This document shows, one piece after another, positions 1 through 11,305 of a stretch of DNA of 36,013 nucleotides. The DNA is taken from positions 62,001 to 98,013 of the forward strand of contig QPGO01000083.1 of assembly GCA_008632985.1 (NCBI GenBank). Direction: 5' to 3'. Each line of letters begins with the position of its first letter. The first letter of the stretch is position 1. Position numbers and translations under genes: made by a program. Origin of the DNA: Psammoneis japonica. Taxonomy: Eukaryota. Under the pieces are notes generated by a model that saw only the letters and a program-made list of their open reading frames with translations, did no database searches and was not told the DNA's origin.

Positions 1-157
1 GGAGTAGACAAACATTTGCCTCATTGACCGACGACACTGTTGCATCTATCTGGGGCAAAAATTACTAGACTATGGGAACAGACAGATGTTATATGAATAG
101 CGTTGTGCTAACTTTGTTACTCGAGCCACATCATGGACTGAGAACGACCCACAGTTC

Positions 158-1999
158 TCAATTCTGATTAAAGACATTACAGTACCCATCCGAATTTACG
201 TTCTCGTACCATCTCGGGTCTCTGTTAGGAGAGCCTACAGAAGGAGTGGAGTAGTATGCATTCGGGCTGTTGTAGGGATTTGGGTGTTGCGATGGTTGTC
301 TGCCAGTAATGCTTCGCGAGAAGGAGTTTCTTGCCCTTCCATTGTAGTACGGGCTTCGGTTCTGAGCGGACCCTGCTGCACCTCCAGCGGCGTAGATGCC
401 CATGCCACTGCTCGTCGAAGGACGACTCTGAGAAGATTCGGCAGCTTGGGCTATATCTGCCTCCTTGGCATTAGAGTTGGAAAGATTCTGAGGGGATCTT
501 CTGTCTAGAGAAGCGGATGGGTCTCTACCTTTGACATTTGAAGGATTCCGGCTTGATCCTGTTACTTGAGATGCGTAGGAGGTCCCATAAGGCGGCGTCC
601 TGCCACCGTAATGCGAATTTTGGTATCGAGTCCCTTGAGCAGCATATGCACTGCTGCCACCGAGATACGGAGGTGTCCTGCCACCATAGTAAGAGTTTTC
701 ATATCGATTGTATCCACCCATCATGCTTGAAGAATACCAGTCATGGTATCGAGCTGGTTCTTTGCCTTGTGAAGCATATGGTCCCCTTCCAGTGTAAAAC
801 GAGCTATCGTTCTGAGGATACCCAATACCTTGAGAAGCGTACGGTCCTCTGCCGCTGAAGTAAGAGTTTTGGCTCCGAGAGAATCCCCCACCTTGAGACG
901 TGTATGGGCCGCTGCGATCGGGATATGGCGGGTTCTCGTGCACAGGGGGGCGCTGGCTGCTGACACCAGCACCGATGGGTTGCAAACTGGCTTTGATTGG
1001 ATAGGTAATAGGCCCGACATTTCTGATGGCAATTGTGCTTCCTGACATCCCCGTGAATTCATAGCCGGGTGTTTCAATCATTGTAGTAAAGGGACTCTCA
1101 CGCCCATCGTCCACGTAGACCTCGGCCACTTGTTGAACATTTGAAGGACCTTGCCAGAGCTCGAGGATGGCCATGAGAGGAAGACCGTCGGTTTCAAGGT
1201 GAACTCGTACACGATCAACTGAATGGTCAAATTGAAATGTTTTAAGAGCACCACCATCAATAGTTTCTTTCTGGAGATGCATTGCTTCCTCTCTTTTCGC
1301 TGGATCAGTATCCTCCACAGTAGCCACAGCAGGGAACTCCATGGTGCCCAAATTACGAACCTGCATTGTGCCAGGATATCCTCCATATCGGCTTGAGCTC
1401 TCAAACTCGGCCTGAAAAGGACGAAGCCATCCGTCCATGCTCCATGTCCTAACACGTTGCGGGGTGTTCCCCGGTCCTTGCCACAATTCGACTTCAGCTT
1501 CAACAGGACTGTGCGGTCTTCCACTTCCCAAGTTTACCAATGTTCGCTCGGGGCTTGCTTCAAAGTGCTCTCGAGATCCGGCTCCTTGAATTGGCTTGGT
1601 AAAGGAATAAAACGGTACATAGCCATCATCACCACCGAACTCCGGCCCAAGCATCATTCCATCCGGTTCTTCCATTCGCTCGGGTCCAAACACTGTCTCT
1701 GGGCCGCTACTACTCGGATCGTAACGGTATCCCGTTTTCTGGCCGGCACCACTACTCGTTGCTTTTGATTCAGAAGGTCGCGCTTTCTCAGGGGCATACA
1801 GGCTTCCCGCTGGCTTGGCGATTCCTGGTGGAGCACTTGACACGGAAGGCTTTGCAATGCCCGGAGGCGCCGCGGCAGAATCCAGTTGCATGGTACGACA
1901 TGCTTTGTAGACTAGGCTGGTTGGAGCAACAAAGCCAGTTGCAGTCCAAGCGCACTCCGACAAGGCACTTAGCGCAAGCACTGTACTGAATCTCCTCAT
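158..1999 (-). CDS. Diatom-type protein of unknown function with signal/possible plastid-targeting peptide, two tandem homologous domains and a Tyr/Gly/Ser-rich repetitive tail
   Basis: 613-aa ATG-to-stop ORF with normal TpA/Tyr content. Hydrophobic N-terminus ends ATG-FVAP (ASAFAP-like). Internal duplication VELWQGPGNTPQ / LELWQGPSNVQQ. C-terminal RGPYASQG and YYGGRTPPY-like repeats. Confidence 0.8.
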   Translation of the reverse strand: MRRFSTVLALSALSECAWTATGFVAPTSLVYKACRTMQLDSAAAPPGIAKPSVSSAPPGIAKPAGSLYAPEKARPSESKATSSGAGQKTGYRYDPSSSGPETVFGPERMEEPDGMMLGPEFGGDDGYVPFYSFTKPIQGAGSREHFEASPERTLVNLGSGRPHSPVEAEVELWQGPGNTPQRVRTWSMDGWLRPFQAEFESSSRYGGYPGTMQVRNLGTMEFPAVATVEDTDPAKREEAMHLQKETIDGGALKTFQFDHSVDRVRVHLETDGLPLMAILELWQGPSNVQQVAEVYVDDGRESPFTTMIETPGYEFTGMSGSTIAIRNVGPITYPIKASLQPIGAGVSSQRPPVHENPPYPDRSGPYTSQGGGFSRSQNSYFSGRGPYASQGIGYPQNDSSFYTGRGPYASQGKEPARYHDWYSSSMMGGYNRYENSYYGGRTPPYLGGSSAYAAQGTRYQNSHYGGRTPPYGTSYASQVTGSSRNPSNVKGRDPSASLDRRSPQNLSNSNAKEADIAQAAESSQSRPSTSSGMGIYAAGGAAGSAQNRSPYYNGRARNSFSRSITGRQPSQHPNPYNSPNAYYSTPSVGSPNRDPRWYENVNSDGYCNVFNQN

Positions 2000-2263
2000 T
2001 TCAAACGCTTACACAAATGCAACTTTTCCTCTCGTAGATCCCAGACGATTGTTTGCAATGACATTGAAAATGTCGGAGGGAGACTTCGTTTTCGAAAGTT
2101 GCATTGACGTCACCTCGGAGGCGAAACTGCTGACGTGTTGGCGGGAAACAGCTGTCCGGATTCCGTGCCTTCTCGTTACACGTCGGATTTCAATTTGGCG
2201 CGCAAAAAGCCGTGCGCCAAATGTCGTCTGGCCTGAGTCTACATATTATGGTACTGCCGTGCG

Positions 2264-2665
2264 TTAAGGGGGGTCATCCCCGCGTTTATCCTAAAATTAC
2301 CGTTGCATTTGAATAAGGTTTTTTATAGTGTTTATTTTTGAATACAAGAATTATTCATAGTCACACCCGATCGCGCACGAAAACGAGAACCATCAACACC
2401 GCGATCGAAGCACGACGATGATGACAATCATCGATATTTCTCAAAAACGTAGTTTGCCGTCTACCAACTTTTCATGTATATACAATCTTTGATACATAAC
2501 AAACATAAAATAAATGAGAGTTGGTAGACGGACCACCTCCGTCACAGACTTATGGCTTGTTGTTTTCACCACGGTGAAGCACGGTGAAATTCAGGAAAAA
2601 TCATGCAAAACACGAGCTATTCGGCCGAATTCGAGCTAAAAAAAGTAGCAACCGACCACCCTTAA
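2264..2665. mobile_element. Possible non-autonomous DNA transposon/MITE with TTAA-flanked ends
   Basis: AT-rich and non-coding. Left end TTAAGGGGGGTC matches the reverse complement of the right end TTAAGGGTGGTC at 11/12. Internal 13-bp inverted repeat CCGTCTACCAACT (2457-2469 / 2519-2531). Confidence 0.35.
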
Positions 2666-3086
2666 GTCTTTGTTCATCGCGACTCAGTCTGAAACATCAT
2701 TACTATACAAAACTCGACGTTAAATGTATTGTTTTATTTAACCATGAGAAGCCATTTGGAAAAACCCGCCTCTAAATGTTCATTAATATTTATTCGGAAG
2801 AACCCTTAAACATTTCTCCATATTTGTCCAAAAACAGCTCAAAAACTGTCATTCTTCGATTTCGGACATCTTTCCACTCACAATCCGCAAAAATTAAAAT
2901 GCGAGTACCCGTACTGTATGACAAGCAACGCGAAAGATAGAGTACCTACCGGGCGGTAACGGTATGGGGCCCTACAACCTACAACCTACATCGTCACAAG
3001 AAAACATCAGATCAGATCATCAAGATATAACCCAAAAAGTCTACAGATAGATTCAGAAACGTACCGTACGACCGTGGAACCAAGGA

Positions 3087-4952
3087 ATGATGATCTTGTA
3101 TAGGTGCTGCACATTGGCATTCGTCATGGCATCCTTCACTTCTTCCTCAGCACAAAAGGCGACGAAGCCTAATTTCATCCTCATCATGACGGATGATCAG
3201 GGCATGGATGATTATGGCTTTCGCCAGCCGCCGCTGGAGACACCAAACTTGGACAAGCTAATGAAAGATGGGGTGCAATTCACCCGATTCTACACGGGAA
3301 CCGCATGCGCTCCGACCCGGTCTCAGCTAATGACAGGAAGGCACTTTTTGCGCACGGGAACAGTTGGAGTAGGTTTCGGGAGAGATGCACCGCATCTGAA
3401 CGAGTACATGCTTGGAGAGGCCCTTCAGGATGCCGGATATGTTACTGGCATGGTTGGAAAGTGGAATCTCGGCACCTCAGACGCTGAATTGCCCCATCGA
3501 CGTGGCTTCAACGAAACATGGGAACTGACAGAAGAAGAACTTCGAAACCGCGGCAAGTACAACCACTTTAACGCCCCTTTTACTCACAATGGCATACCTC
3601 GTGGTATTGAGCCAGGCTGGCAGGTAGAGCACGTCACAGACAAAGCACTCCATTTCATTAACAGCAACAAGGAAGAACCATTCTTTCTTTACATTCCATA
3701 CGCACAGCCACACGAACCGTGGCTATGCCGAAAGGAACTCCAAGAAAAGTACATTGAAAAAGGCATCGGAGAATCGTATGCTATGCTCCTTGGCATGCTG
3801 GAGCACATTGACATGCAAGTTGGGCGAATTCTTGATGCACTGGAGCAGCATCGTCTCTCCAACAATACCATAGTCATCTTTTATGGTGATAACGGTCCTA
3901 CTCCAGAGACAAGGCTCCTTGCTCAGGACAGAGATGGTAACTTCAAGCCAACTGGTGAAAGGTATGAAATGAATGACACAGAATGGGCGGCACGTAACCC
4001 GACAGGTTTGCGATCCAAGAAGGCAACCTGTTGGGAGAACGCTGTTCGCAACCGGCTCTCCTTCTATTGGCCGGCAAGACTTAACGCCAAAGTGGTCCAA
4101 GACATGACCATTGTATATGATATTTTTCCGACGTTGCTCCAATTGGCCGGACACTACCAACATTACAAGAACAAAACTGGCGTGCCACGCTTGGACGGCC
4201 AAAGTTTCTGGCGATTGCTTTTTCAAGACAACCCCAGCTGGCCGCAAGACCGTGAGTACCTTGTTGCAAAGCTCGCAATACCTACTAATCATCTAGCTCC
4301 AGATGGCTGGTACTACCGCTTCACTAAGGAGCATTCTCTTCGATTAGAAAAGTCGGAATGCGCACTCGTTTCAGGTCACTGGGTGGTCGTCAACGAAGTA
4401 GGTACATGGAGTTTGTACGACCTTTCGAGTGATCCCGGTCAGGAGAACGACCTCAAATCGGTCCTGCCTGAAAAGTTTCTTCAAATGGCAAACAAATTTT
4501 ATTCTGTGCTGTATGATGTAAGCCACGACACGCATTCGTGGTCGCACCCAATCCAAGTAATTGGACTTCCTGGCATTGAACATCCATACTTGGAGATGTG
4601 TTACATGTATCGCTTCAAGGGTGGGAACAGAGTTTCATGGTTTTACACATTCTTCGAAGAGGTCGGGGCCACTCAGGATCTGGCAGTTCATGTGCTCGAG
4701 TCCGGTACATACAGTGTGATACTTCGCACAGTGCCTGTTCCTGTACGAACCATGGTTCAGTTTCATGTCGGGCAGCAAAAAAAGATTTCCCTTCTCAACA
4801 AGGGCGGTCGCATGCATAACCTTGGTAAGTTTGACTTTGGAAGGGGCAATTATAGCATTGGAATGACCATTGTTGAGTCGGCGAACCTTGAACAACTCCA
4901 AAGAGTGGCTTTCTTCAGTCTCCTTTTGAATAAAGTGAGTGGAGAGACGTAA
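3087..4952 (+). CDS. Secreted formylglycine-dependent (family S1) sulfatase, arylsulfatase A-like
   Basis: 621-aa intronless ORF with signal peptide. Motifs KPNFILIMTDDQG, catalytic CAPTRSQLMTGR (CxPxR), GYVTGMVGKWNLG, PFFLYIPYAQPH, GDNG and LYDLSSDPGQ. Confidence 0.95.
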   Translation: MMILYRCCTLAFVMASFTSSSAQKATKPNFILIMTDDQGMDDYGFRQPPLETPNLDKLMKDGVQFTRFYTGTACAPTRSQLMTGRHFLRTGTVGVGFGRDAPHLNEYMLGEALQDAGYVTGMVGKWNLGTSDAELPHRRGFNETWELTEEELRNRGKYNHFNAPFTHNGIPRGIEPGWQVEHVTDKALHFINSNKEEPFFLYIPYAQPHEPWLCRKELQEKYIEKGIGESYAMLLGMLEHIDMQVGRILDALEQHRLSNNTIVIFYGDNGPTPETRLLAQDRDGNFKPTGERYEMNDTEWAARNPTGLRSKKATCWENAVRNRLSFYWPARLNAKVVQDMTIVYDIFPTLLQLAGHYQHYKNKTGVPRLDGQSFWRLLFQDNPSWPQDREYLVAKLAIPTNHLAPDGWYYRFTKEHSLRLEKSECALVSGHWVVVNEVGTWSLYDLSSDPGQENDLKSVLPEKFLQMANKFYSVLYDVSHDTHSWSHPIQVIGLPGIEHPYLEMCYMYRFKGGNRVSWFYTFFEEVGATQDLAVHVLESGTYSVILRTVPVPVRTMVQFHVGQQKKISLLNKGGRMHNLGKFDFGRGNYSIGMTIVESANLEQLQRVAFFSLLLNKVSGET

Positions 4953-5879
4953 TCATTTCGAGAGCAGAGAATGTTTAGCATCAGTTGGGTTGGACATGGA
5001 AGCCTCAGATTACTTTTCAAAGCCACACATATATAGAACAACAGTTGCATGAGATTGCTGCAATATAAGTCGTGAACACACAGTGATGCACACACTGTGC
5101 TTGGACATTATTTGTACTGCTTCCTCCCCATATTCTAGATCCACCGGGACCAGCAGAAATGGGAAATTGCTCACTGATTATGGCACCATCTGAACAAGCC
5201 ACCCACGAACATCTTAGAAATAGAGTTTGCGCAGATTCCGCGCCGTATTCAAAGGAAAAGTGTAGTTTGGTGGTATTCTAATCGAGCACGAGTGTCAAAA
5301 GGGGAGCTTACATGCTTCTGTTCTAGATGTCGCATGAACTACGTAGGTAAATGGAGTTCAACGTGCCTTCAACGCACTGATGTGAGCATCATTCTGATGA
5401 AAATAGCACCGGACTGTTGTAAGCCGCCGGTAGAAGAATCGCGGCGGGGTGAAGCAAAAAATCACGCTCAACAGTCGCAGCTTGCTTGCTGAAGAGGGCT
5501 TATAAAGTCGGCTGAACAACTCTTGAGCAACCAAAAACTGAGAATGCGCGGGTGTGCTCTTTATGCGTGCTGCTTCTTACCGTACTCATCAGATCGGAGG
5601 TACTGCAGTATATCCAAGAAGTCACGTCTCATGGACCATTGCAGTGGGAAGAGAGCTAATCTGAATTCAGGGAGGGTTCAACAAAATATGCACCAACCGC
5701 CAAGCCCAAGCATGTAAATTTCATTTCATGTACTACTCATGAAAAACAACGCTGTCCAAAGTGTCGTCATAACTATCTCTCCATACGTTATCCAGGCAAA
5801 TCCCACTGAACCAGCCCACGTGACATAATTACAAAGGCTCTTTGAACCTATTTAAAGGCACCGTCATCACCTTCACACC

Positions 5880-6236
5880 TGTCCTTTAGTGCGTCGTTGC
5901 AGCAACGACCTCCGACACGGCACGCTCCAAGCTCGTCGAATACGGGCATGCAGGTTACATCTTTACAAAGAGGCCATTCGGACCTTCGAAGACCTCCTCA
6001 AGAATTACATTGTCCACCACCATCTTTCAGGACGTCGTCGATGCAAGTCCCATTGTTATACCATCATATTCGACCATCCATCGCTGTCCCCAGGCTCGCT
6101 GGCTGTTTCCGTACTTGACTGCCTTTCTGAGGTCTCGCTTACCAATGTCGCGTTGCTCCCGGCGGAGCCTTCCATGTTCCGACGATAAGATCGTGATCAA
6201 GCTTGTATTTTTATTCGAAAAGTTCATCCTTTGCAA
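5880..6236 (-). pseudogene. Truncated remnant with DUF4258-like N-terminus
   Basis: TILSSEHGRLRREQRDIGKRDLRKAVKYG...RWMVEYDGI resembles the S-x-H-(G/A)-x-x-R-x-x-(E/Q)-R-x-I pattern. The ORF stops after 69 aa; downstream frames contain stops. Confidence 0.45.
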
Positions 6237-7347
6237 AGAATGAGAAGGGTCAACGAATTCGACAGCTCGTACTTCTGCCTAAAGATCGCGCCCTAGCTGT
6301 AGTTCAACAAGAGTCAGCTAGAGCTTTTGTTCCTACGGGCCGAAATTTTCTTATCAGAGCCGGTAGGCCAAAGTACTAGGTCAAATTTGCTGGACACATT
6401 CCCCTACGGGACCAATAGCTCTCGATAGACCAATGTGTCACAAGCATTCTGTGTATCAGATACGAATCGCTCGCCAACCATTCGTACGAGTCGTCGCATG
6501 GTATGTACTCATCTCCACAAAGCCGAGCATTCTGATCCGTAGAACCCTGCTACTAGAGGGTAGTCTATCCTCTGTCTTTGTTTTGCTGGGACAGAGAGGC
6601 TGTTTTGGGCGAGGTGAGAGTGAGAGGAGAGAATTGCTCATGTCGGCATATCAATGCATTTGTTCTCGTCGTTCTAAACACACGAACTCAACCACCATTC
6701 GAACGCATATTCGTCTCACGGCATGTCAAGTACCGCCGCCCTCGTAGTCTCCTCTCATAGCAATTGCAAAGCTAAGACAACCACTGTCGTTGTGAATTTC
6801 TGTGCGTTTCCCGTTTCCAGTTGTGTATTTGAAAAGCTAAAAACTTCTACTACCAGGTCCTTATCGGAGCAAAATTCTGGAAACTGCTTGGCCAATAGAG
6901 AAAAGAGTCACGTCTGAACTTGAGGAACGGGCTAAATCCAGAATCCAGCCACATTGTGCTGACGAGACGGGAGCTTGGTCCATTTACCACCAGGCTGTTG
7001 AACAAAGTATTCATTGGCAGCGCGAATCACGTGTCCGCATTCCTGTTGTTGAAACAGTGGAGCTCCTTCTGTACATCCTCTCCAGCGGCACCCCTCATAA
7101 CAAAAAAGGTTTTTTGCCATAGAGGTATCGAACTCAACATTAAACGAACTTTTTCTCGTATCGTCTTCTGGCGGTGCTTCTTGAGCTGACCAACAGGCGT
7201 CTCGTACTGCACCTCTTGAGCATTCTTCATGTGACGTTCTTTTCCCCGCGATGCATGCATTTTCTGGACCTGCGATCCATTGACTCGAGCCATTTGGGTT
7301 TTGTGCTTTGAGACGCGCCGCCTTCGCACCTTCAAAAGAGGAAGATC

Positions 7348-8797
7348 TCTTAGTGGATCGTGTCATTCCTACTACTTCTACAGTACTTAGATGCAGCACA
7401 TCTGTGCTGTGCAGGATCTCTATCAGGTTATGAGCAACGCTTACACAGACGTGCAAGCAAGGCTCCTCTACCACTGCCGACAACACATTTTCCTCTCGTT
7501 TCGTTGTCGACGACACCGGCAGAGAGCGTTTACATCGTAAACTTTGCCGCTCTATCGACGACAACGACGTCTGCGTCTCGGATGCTGATTCACGCCATTG
7601 CTGTTTGTTTTTGCGGCTGCTTGCGTGGGTGTCAGCATGCCTTCTACGCACATCGCGATCTCCCTGGGTACATGCCACAGAGATCCGACACATGCTGCCC
7701 CTACGTGGTGGAACCGACATTGATTTTTATTTTCATTGTCGCTCACCATGGCCCCTGCTAACAGCACCCGTTCGAAAACGGCATCCTCTTGGCGGGACAC
7801 TCTGTCGTCACTCCAGGCCGCCACATCACCTGTGTCGGCCGACGACTCCCCCGTCTCTCCTCCTCCGGCGGAGACTGACCCTGCTTCTGCTGGTGACGCA
7901 ATGGTGGAGGATGCTTCGGTGCCTCACGATGCGCCCACAGCAGAGGATGCAATCGAGGCGGAAGCCACCATTGCGGCGAATGTCGCTGCTCCGGAAGCTG
8001 ATGCGAGCCCTGAACAGATGGAAACCCCTGCCTCTCTCTCGGAACAGCCGCCGCTGCCAGTGCTCCCAACCCTGCCTCCACGCTTGCCGCCTGCCCTGCC
8101 TCCTGAGTGGCCTCACACGCCTCCTGGCAATCCCCCGCAGCCTGAGGAACCTCCCGACCCTCCACACTTTCCTCCGACATCGCCTCGGGCTCTTCTCAAA
8201 ATGCATGAGAGTCATCTTGGCTCGGCTGTTGCCCGCATCCACGAACACAAACGGGCACTGGATGTCTCTACGGAAGAAGTTTCCAGGCTCAAGCGGGAGC
8301 TGCGTGACATCCGTTCGGTCACGAATGATCACGCCTTGGCCACCGCGGATCTCAAACATGCTCGTGATTTTGACCTCCTCCGCACCGAGGTTCAGACCCA
8401 AATGAAAGCAACTGCGGATGAAGCCATCGCTTTGGCTGGCGATGCGGCCAACAAAGCTTTGGCGACACGTGATGCCCAATTCCTGGCAGCTCTCAACAAG
8501 AAGATTGTTCTGGTTTATGAAGCCGCGGAAGCAACGATGCTCGAACGCATCCGTGCCACATCGACGAATGCACAAAACAACATGGCGTCTTTTGTGGCGG
8601 ACCAAACCAGCCGGCTGGAATCGGCTGCCTCGGAAGCCATCCGTGCTGTGGGTGACCACATCGGTGCCACCCGTAAAAAGTTCCAGGCTCGGCTCAAGCA
8701 CGACGTTAAACTGCAAACGGACGACCTGGATGTCTCCTGGTGTGGGGGGGTCTTAGTGGATCGTGTCATTCCCACTCAGACACAGGGATCTCTGTCA
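7348..8797 (+). mobile_element. Internally deleted mini LTR retroelement (Copia-type PBS; TRIM-like)
   Basis: Direct repeats TCTTAGTGGATCGTGTCATTCC...GGATCTCTRTCA at 7348-7425 and 8751-8797. 5-bp TSD AGATC at 7343-7347 and 8798-8802. PBS GGTTATGAGC at 7426-7435, complementary to the tRNA-Met anticodon arm as in half-tRNA-primed Copia. G7 polypurine tract at 8744-8750. Confidence 0.85.
7748..8750 (+). pseudogene. Truncated Gag-like ORF1 (Pro-rich N-terminus plus coiled coil)
   Basis: ORF MAPANSTRSK... lies between the PBS and PPT and runs directly into the PPT/3' LTR with no pol motifs. Confidence 0.6.
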
Positions 8798-9022
8798 AGA
8801 TCTGACAAAATGCTGCCATGGCCGGTTGCCACGAGTGCAATTGTGGATTGTGGCGGCTGACCGCTGGCTGCCGCAAGCGCAAAACAATCAAAATCACAGG
8901 TGCTCTGCGGCACTGTAGATGGAAGCCACGGGAAAGTCAGGTCGTCTGGCCATGACTCGGCTGTGGGCGGGTGGTGCAACCCAGAGAGCAGTGTCGCAGG
9001 AACAACTCCTGCAATCTTGAGA

Positions 9023-10666
9023 CTAAAACAACAGCATTGTCAGCAGCTTGTCATTCCAAACAACACACTGTCTGCCACTCTGTTGTGTTGCAAGAATCAG
9101 TTGCACGGCGCTGCATGAACTCCAGGCCCGCAGGTCACTGAAGCTGGCGTCTTCCAAGCCATCACTTGGAACAGCATTCCTGCTGCCACCCCACACCCTG
9201 CGACCCGGTGAACCAAAGAAGCTCTTTGTCCTTGCCTTCTGTTTCTTCTTGGGTTTGTCCAAGCTCTGGCAAGTCAGAGAGAGCTGTTTTGGCACTGGCT
9301 TGGGTGCTCCATCTCTGTCGACATCGTCCTCAGCTTCTTCATCAAAATCATCCAACAGGGGATGCAATCCAAGATTCAGAATCCCCTCATCACCATCATT
9401 GTTTAGAGGATCAATGAAGCCACCATCCTCACATTGGAAAGGTGGAGGGATCAATGCCGTCTTCTTCAACGTCTCGTCCTCTTCCTGTGAAGCCAGGCAG
9501 TTGATGCAGGCTTGCCTGCCTTTTTTCAAGGCTTGATGCTTGGGGGGTGGTTCTCATCAAATCCAACAACACCTTCATGCTCAAAAAGAAGGTTGTCAGG
9601 GTTGACGTCTCGTCCTCTTCCTGTGAAGCCAGGCAGTTGATGCAGGCTTGCCTGCCTTTTTTCAAGGCTTGATGCTTGGGGGGTGGTTCTCATCAAATCC
9701 AACAACACCTTCATGCTCAAAAAGAAGGTTGTCAGGGTTGACAATGTCAGCCCTGGTTGATGCCGGAGCTCGAATTCTTACAGCATGACTGCCTTCCAAG
9801 ATCTTGGCTTCCATGTGATGGGTCTTGACAGCGCAAGTAAATTCCACATGCAAAGCAACATAATTGATGCCATCGTCTGGGTCTGTCCATGCAAAAACGG
9901 AGGTCGTGAATGCCTTGTCAGTGTGAACTTTGAAGTGCAATGAAACCTGCAGCTTTTTTTGCATTTCGGATGCCAACACATCATCCATGCTGCCAGTGTC
10001 ACTGCCTTTCTCCTTCTTCTTGCCACTGGCAGGGACTTGGGTGGGAGGCTCAGATGGTGCTTTTTTGCAAGCCGCTGTTGTGGTGGCCTTCTTCTTGACA
10101 CTCGTCTTTGCCACGATGTCTTTGGCTTCTCCATCTTTGTCTTTGCCAGCGTTGCTGTCTTCTTCATCGGCTTCTTCCTCCTCGACTGCTTCTTCTTCTG
10201 CCACTGCCACTTCCTCCACAACGTCCTTGTCTTCTCCTTCTCCTTCAGCACTTCTGCCTTTTGCTTTCCCATTTCACTCTTTTCAGACTTGCACTTTGCT
10301 GCAAATGTCGCAAAATGCATGGGTTGCAAGCAAACAGCATGGCAAAATGACATCAACACATCACAACAGAAAAAGGAACGCACATCTGCTGATGCCGTCT
10401 TTCACCAGCTTTACAAAATGCTCACAGGCAGCTTGTCTATGTCCACCAATGGCTTTGTCTGAGTTGGAGTTCCTTTGGTGGCCTCTGAGGTTTTTGTGCA
10501 AGAAAGGATGAACCACGTCGTTGGCCTGGAACTTGTCTTTGATGCAGGCAGGTTCTGCATTGGAGGGATCCCACCCATGCTCTCCTTCAGTCAGAGTGAA
10601 CTGATTGAAGTGCTTGACACACTCTTGAGCTTGTTGTTTCTTCCAGCGGGGCACTTTCAATGACAT
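9023..10666 (-). pseudogene. Accessory ORF of the DDE transposon, disrupted
   Basis: MSLKVPRW...GWDP exon, probable intron 10383-10299 (GTGCGT...TTGCAG), acidic/Lys-rich linker, C-terminal domain AWTDPDDG...PPFQCED. Broken by a frameshift, a stop and a 136-bp duplication. Confidence 0.55.
9471..9742. repeat. 136-bp perfect tandem duplication (2 copies)
   Basis: 9471-9606 repeats as 9607-9742 (GTCTCGTCCTCTTCC...GGGTTGAC) with AC microhomology at the junction. Confidence 0.95.
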
Positions 10667-10849
10667 TGGCTCAGAACTGAGCAAACAAACGCTGAAATGA
10701 CATGAGTGTAAAATGAAAAATCTGAGCACAGTGGACACAGCGAGTGCTGAGCGTGGAATGAGTCTCAACATTTTTGGCACGCTTCGTTTTGTCGGAGAGC
10801 ACTGGCACATGTTCTGTTTTCCAGCCAAATTGGCCGGAAATCGATTTTT

Positions 10850-11305
10850 TGCCGGAAAATGGAATTCCGGCCAGAAATTCTTAAAAAGTCTGTTTGCGTT
10901 TTCCCGCCACTTTGATGCAAGTGATTGCCTCGAGAGAGGGAACTGCGAAGAATCCCATGGCAAAACACAAAAGAAGGACATCAGTGGTGCATAAAACAAT
11001 GGGCAAATTGAATGCAATGCTTCCATGTGAGATGTCACTGTCATCCAAACAAGCCGGAAAACCACTTTTAACAGCCCAAAACCGGCCTGTTTAAGTGCTG
11101 ATTAAATCTTGCAAAGAGGCATTGACTGAACCTGCCCTGTGATTTCATGCATCAGTTACACAGGTCTCTTGTGTGCTGCCATGCACTTCTTTGTGACATC
11201 CTCTTTCCTTGCCGTTGCTCGCATCAAAGTGGCCTGAAATCGCAACAAAAAATGCCGGCAAAATTGGCCGGAAAACCAAGTTCCAGCCGGAATTCCAAAT
11301 TCCGG
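10850..11305. repeat. Long imperfect inverted repeat between the divergent transposon ORFs
   Basis: GGAATTCCGGC (10861) pairs with GCCGGAATTCC (~11286). GCCACTTTGATGC (10906) pairs with GCATCAAAGTGGC (11221). CATGGCAAAACACAAAAGA (~10956) pairs with TCTCTTGTGTGCTGCCATG (~11166). Confidence 0.8.

Noticed and set aside
6600..6930. Minus-strand protein-like fragment (FSLLAKQFPEFCSDKDLVVEVF)
   Set aside because: Short, stop-interrupted and not assignable by eye.
7426..7435. tRNA-like sequence
   Set aside because: Only a 10-nt primer-binding site; no cloverleaf.
6932..7720. 262-aa minus-strand ORF
   Set aside because: Chimeric: it crosses the LTR/TSD junction at 7348 and reads the element antisense.
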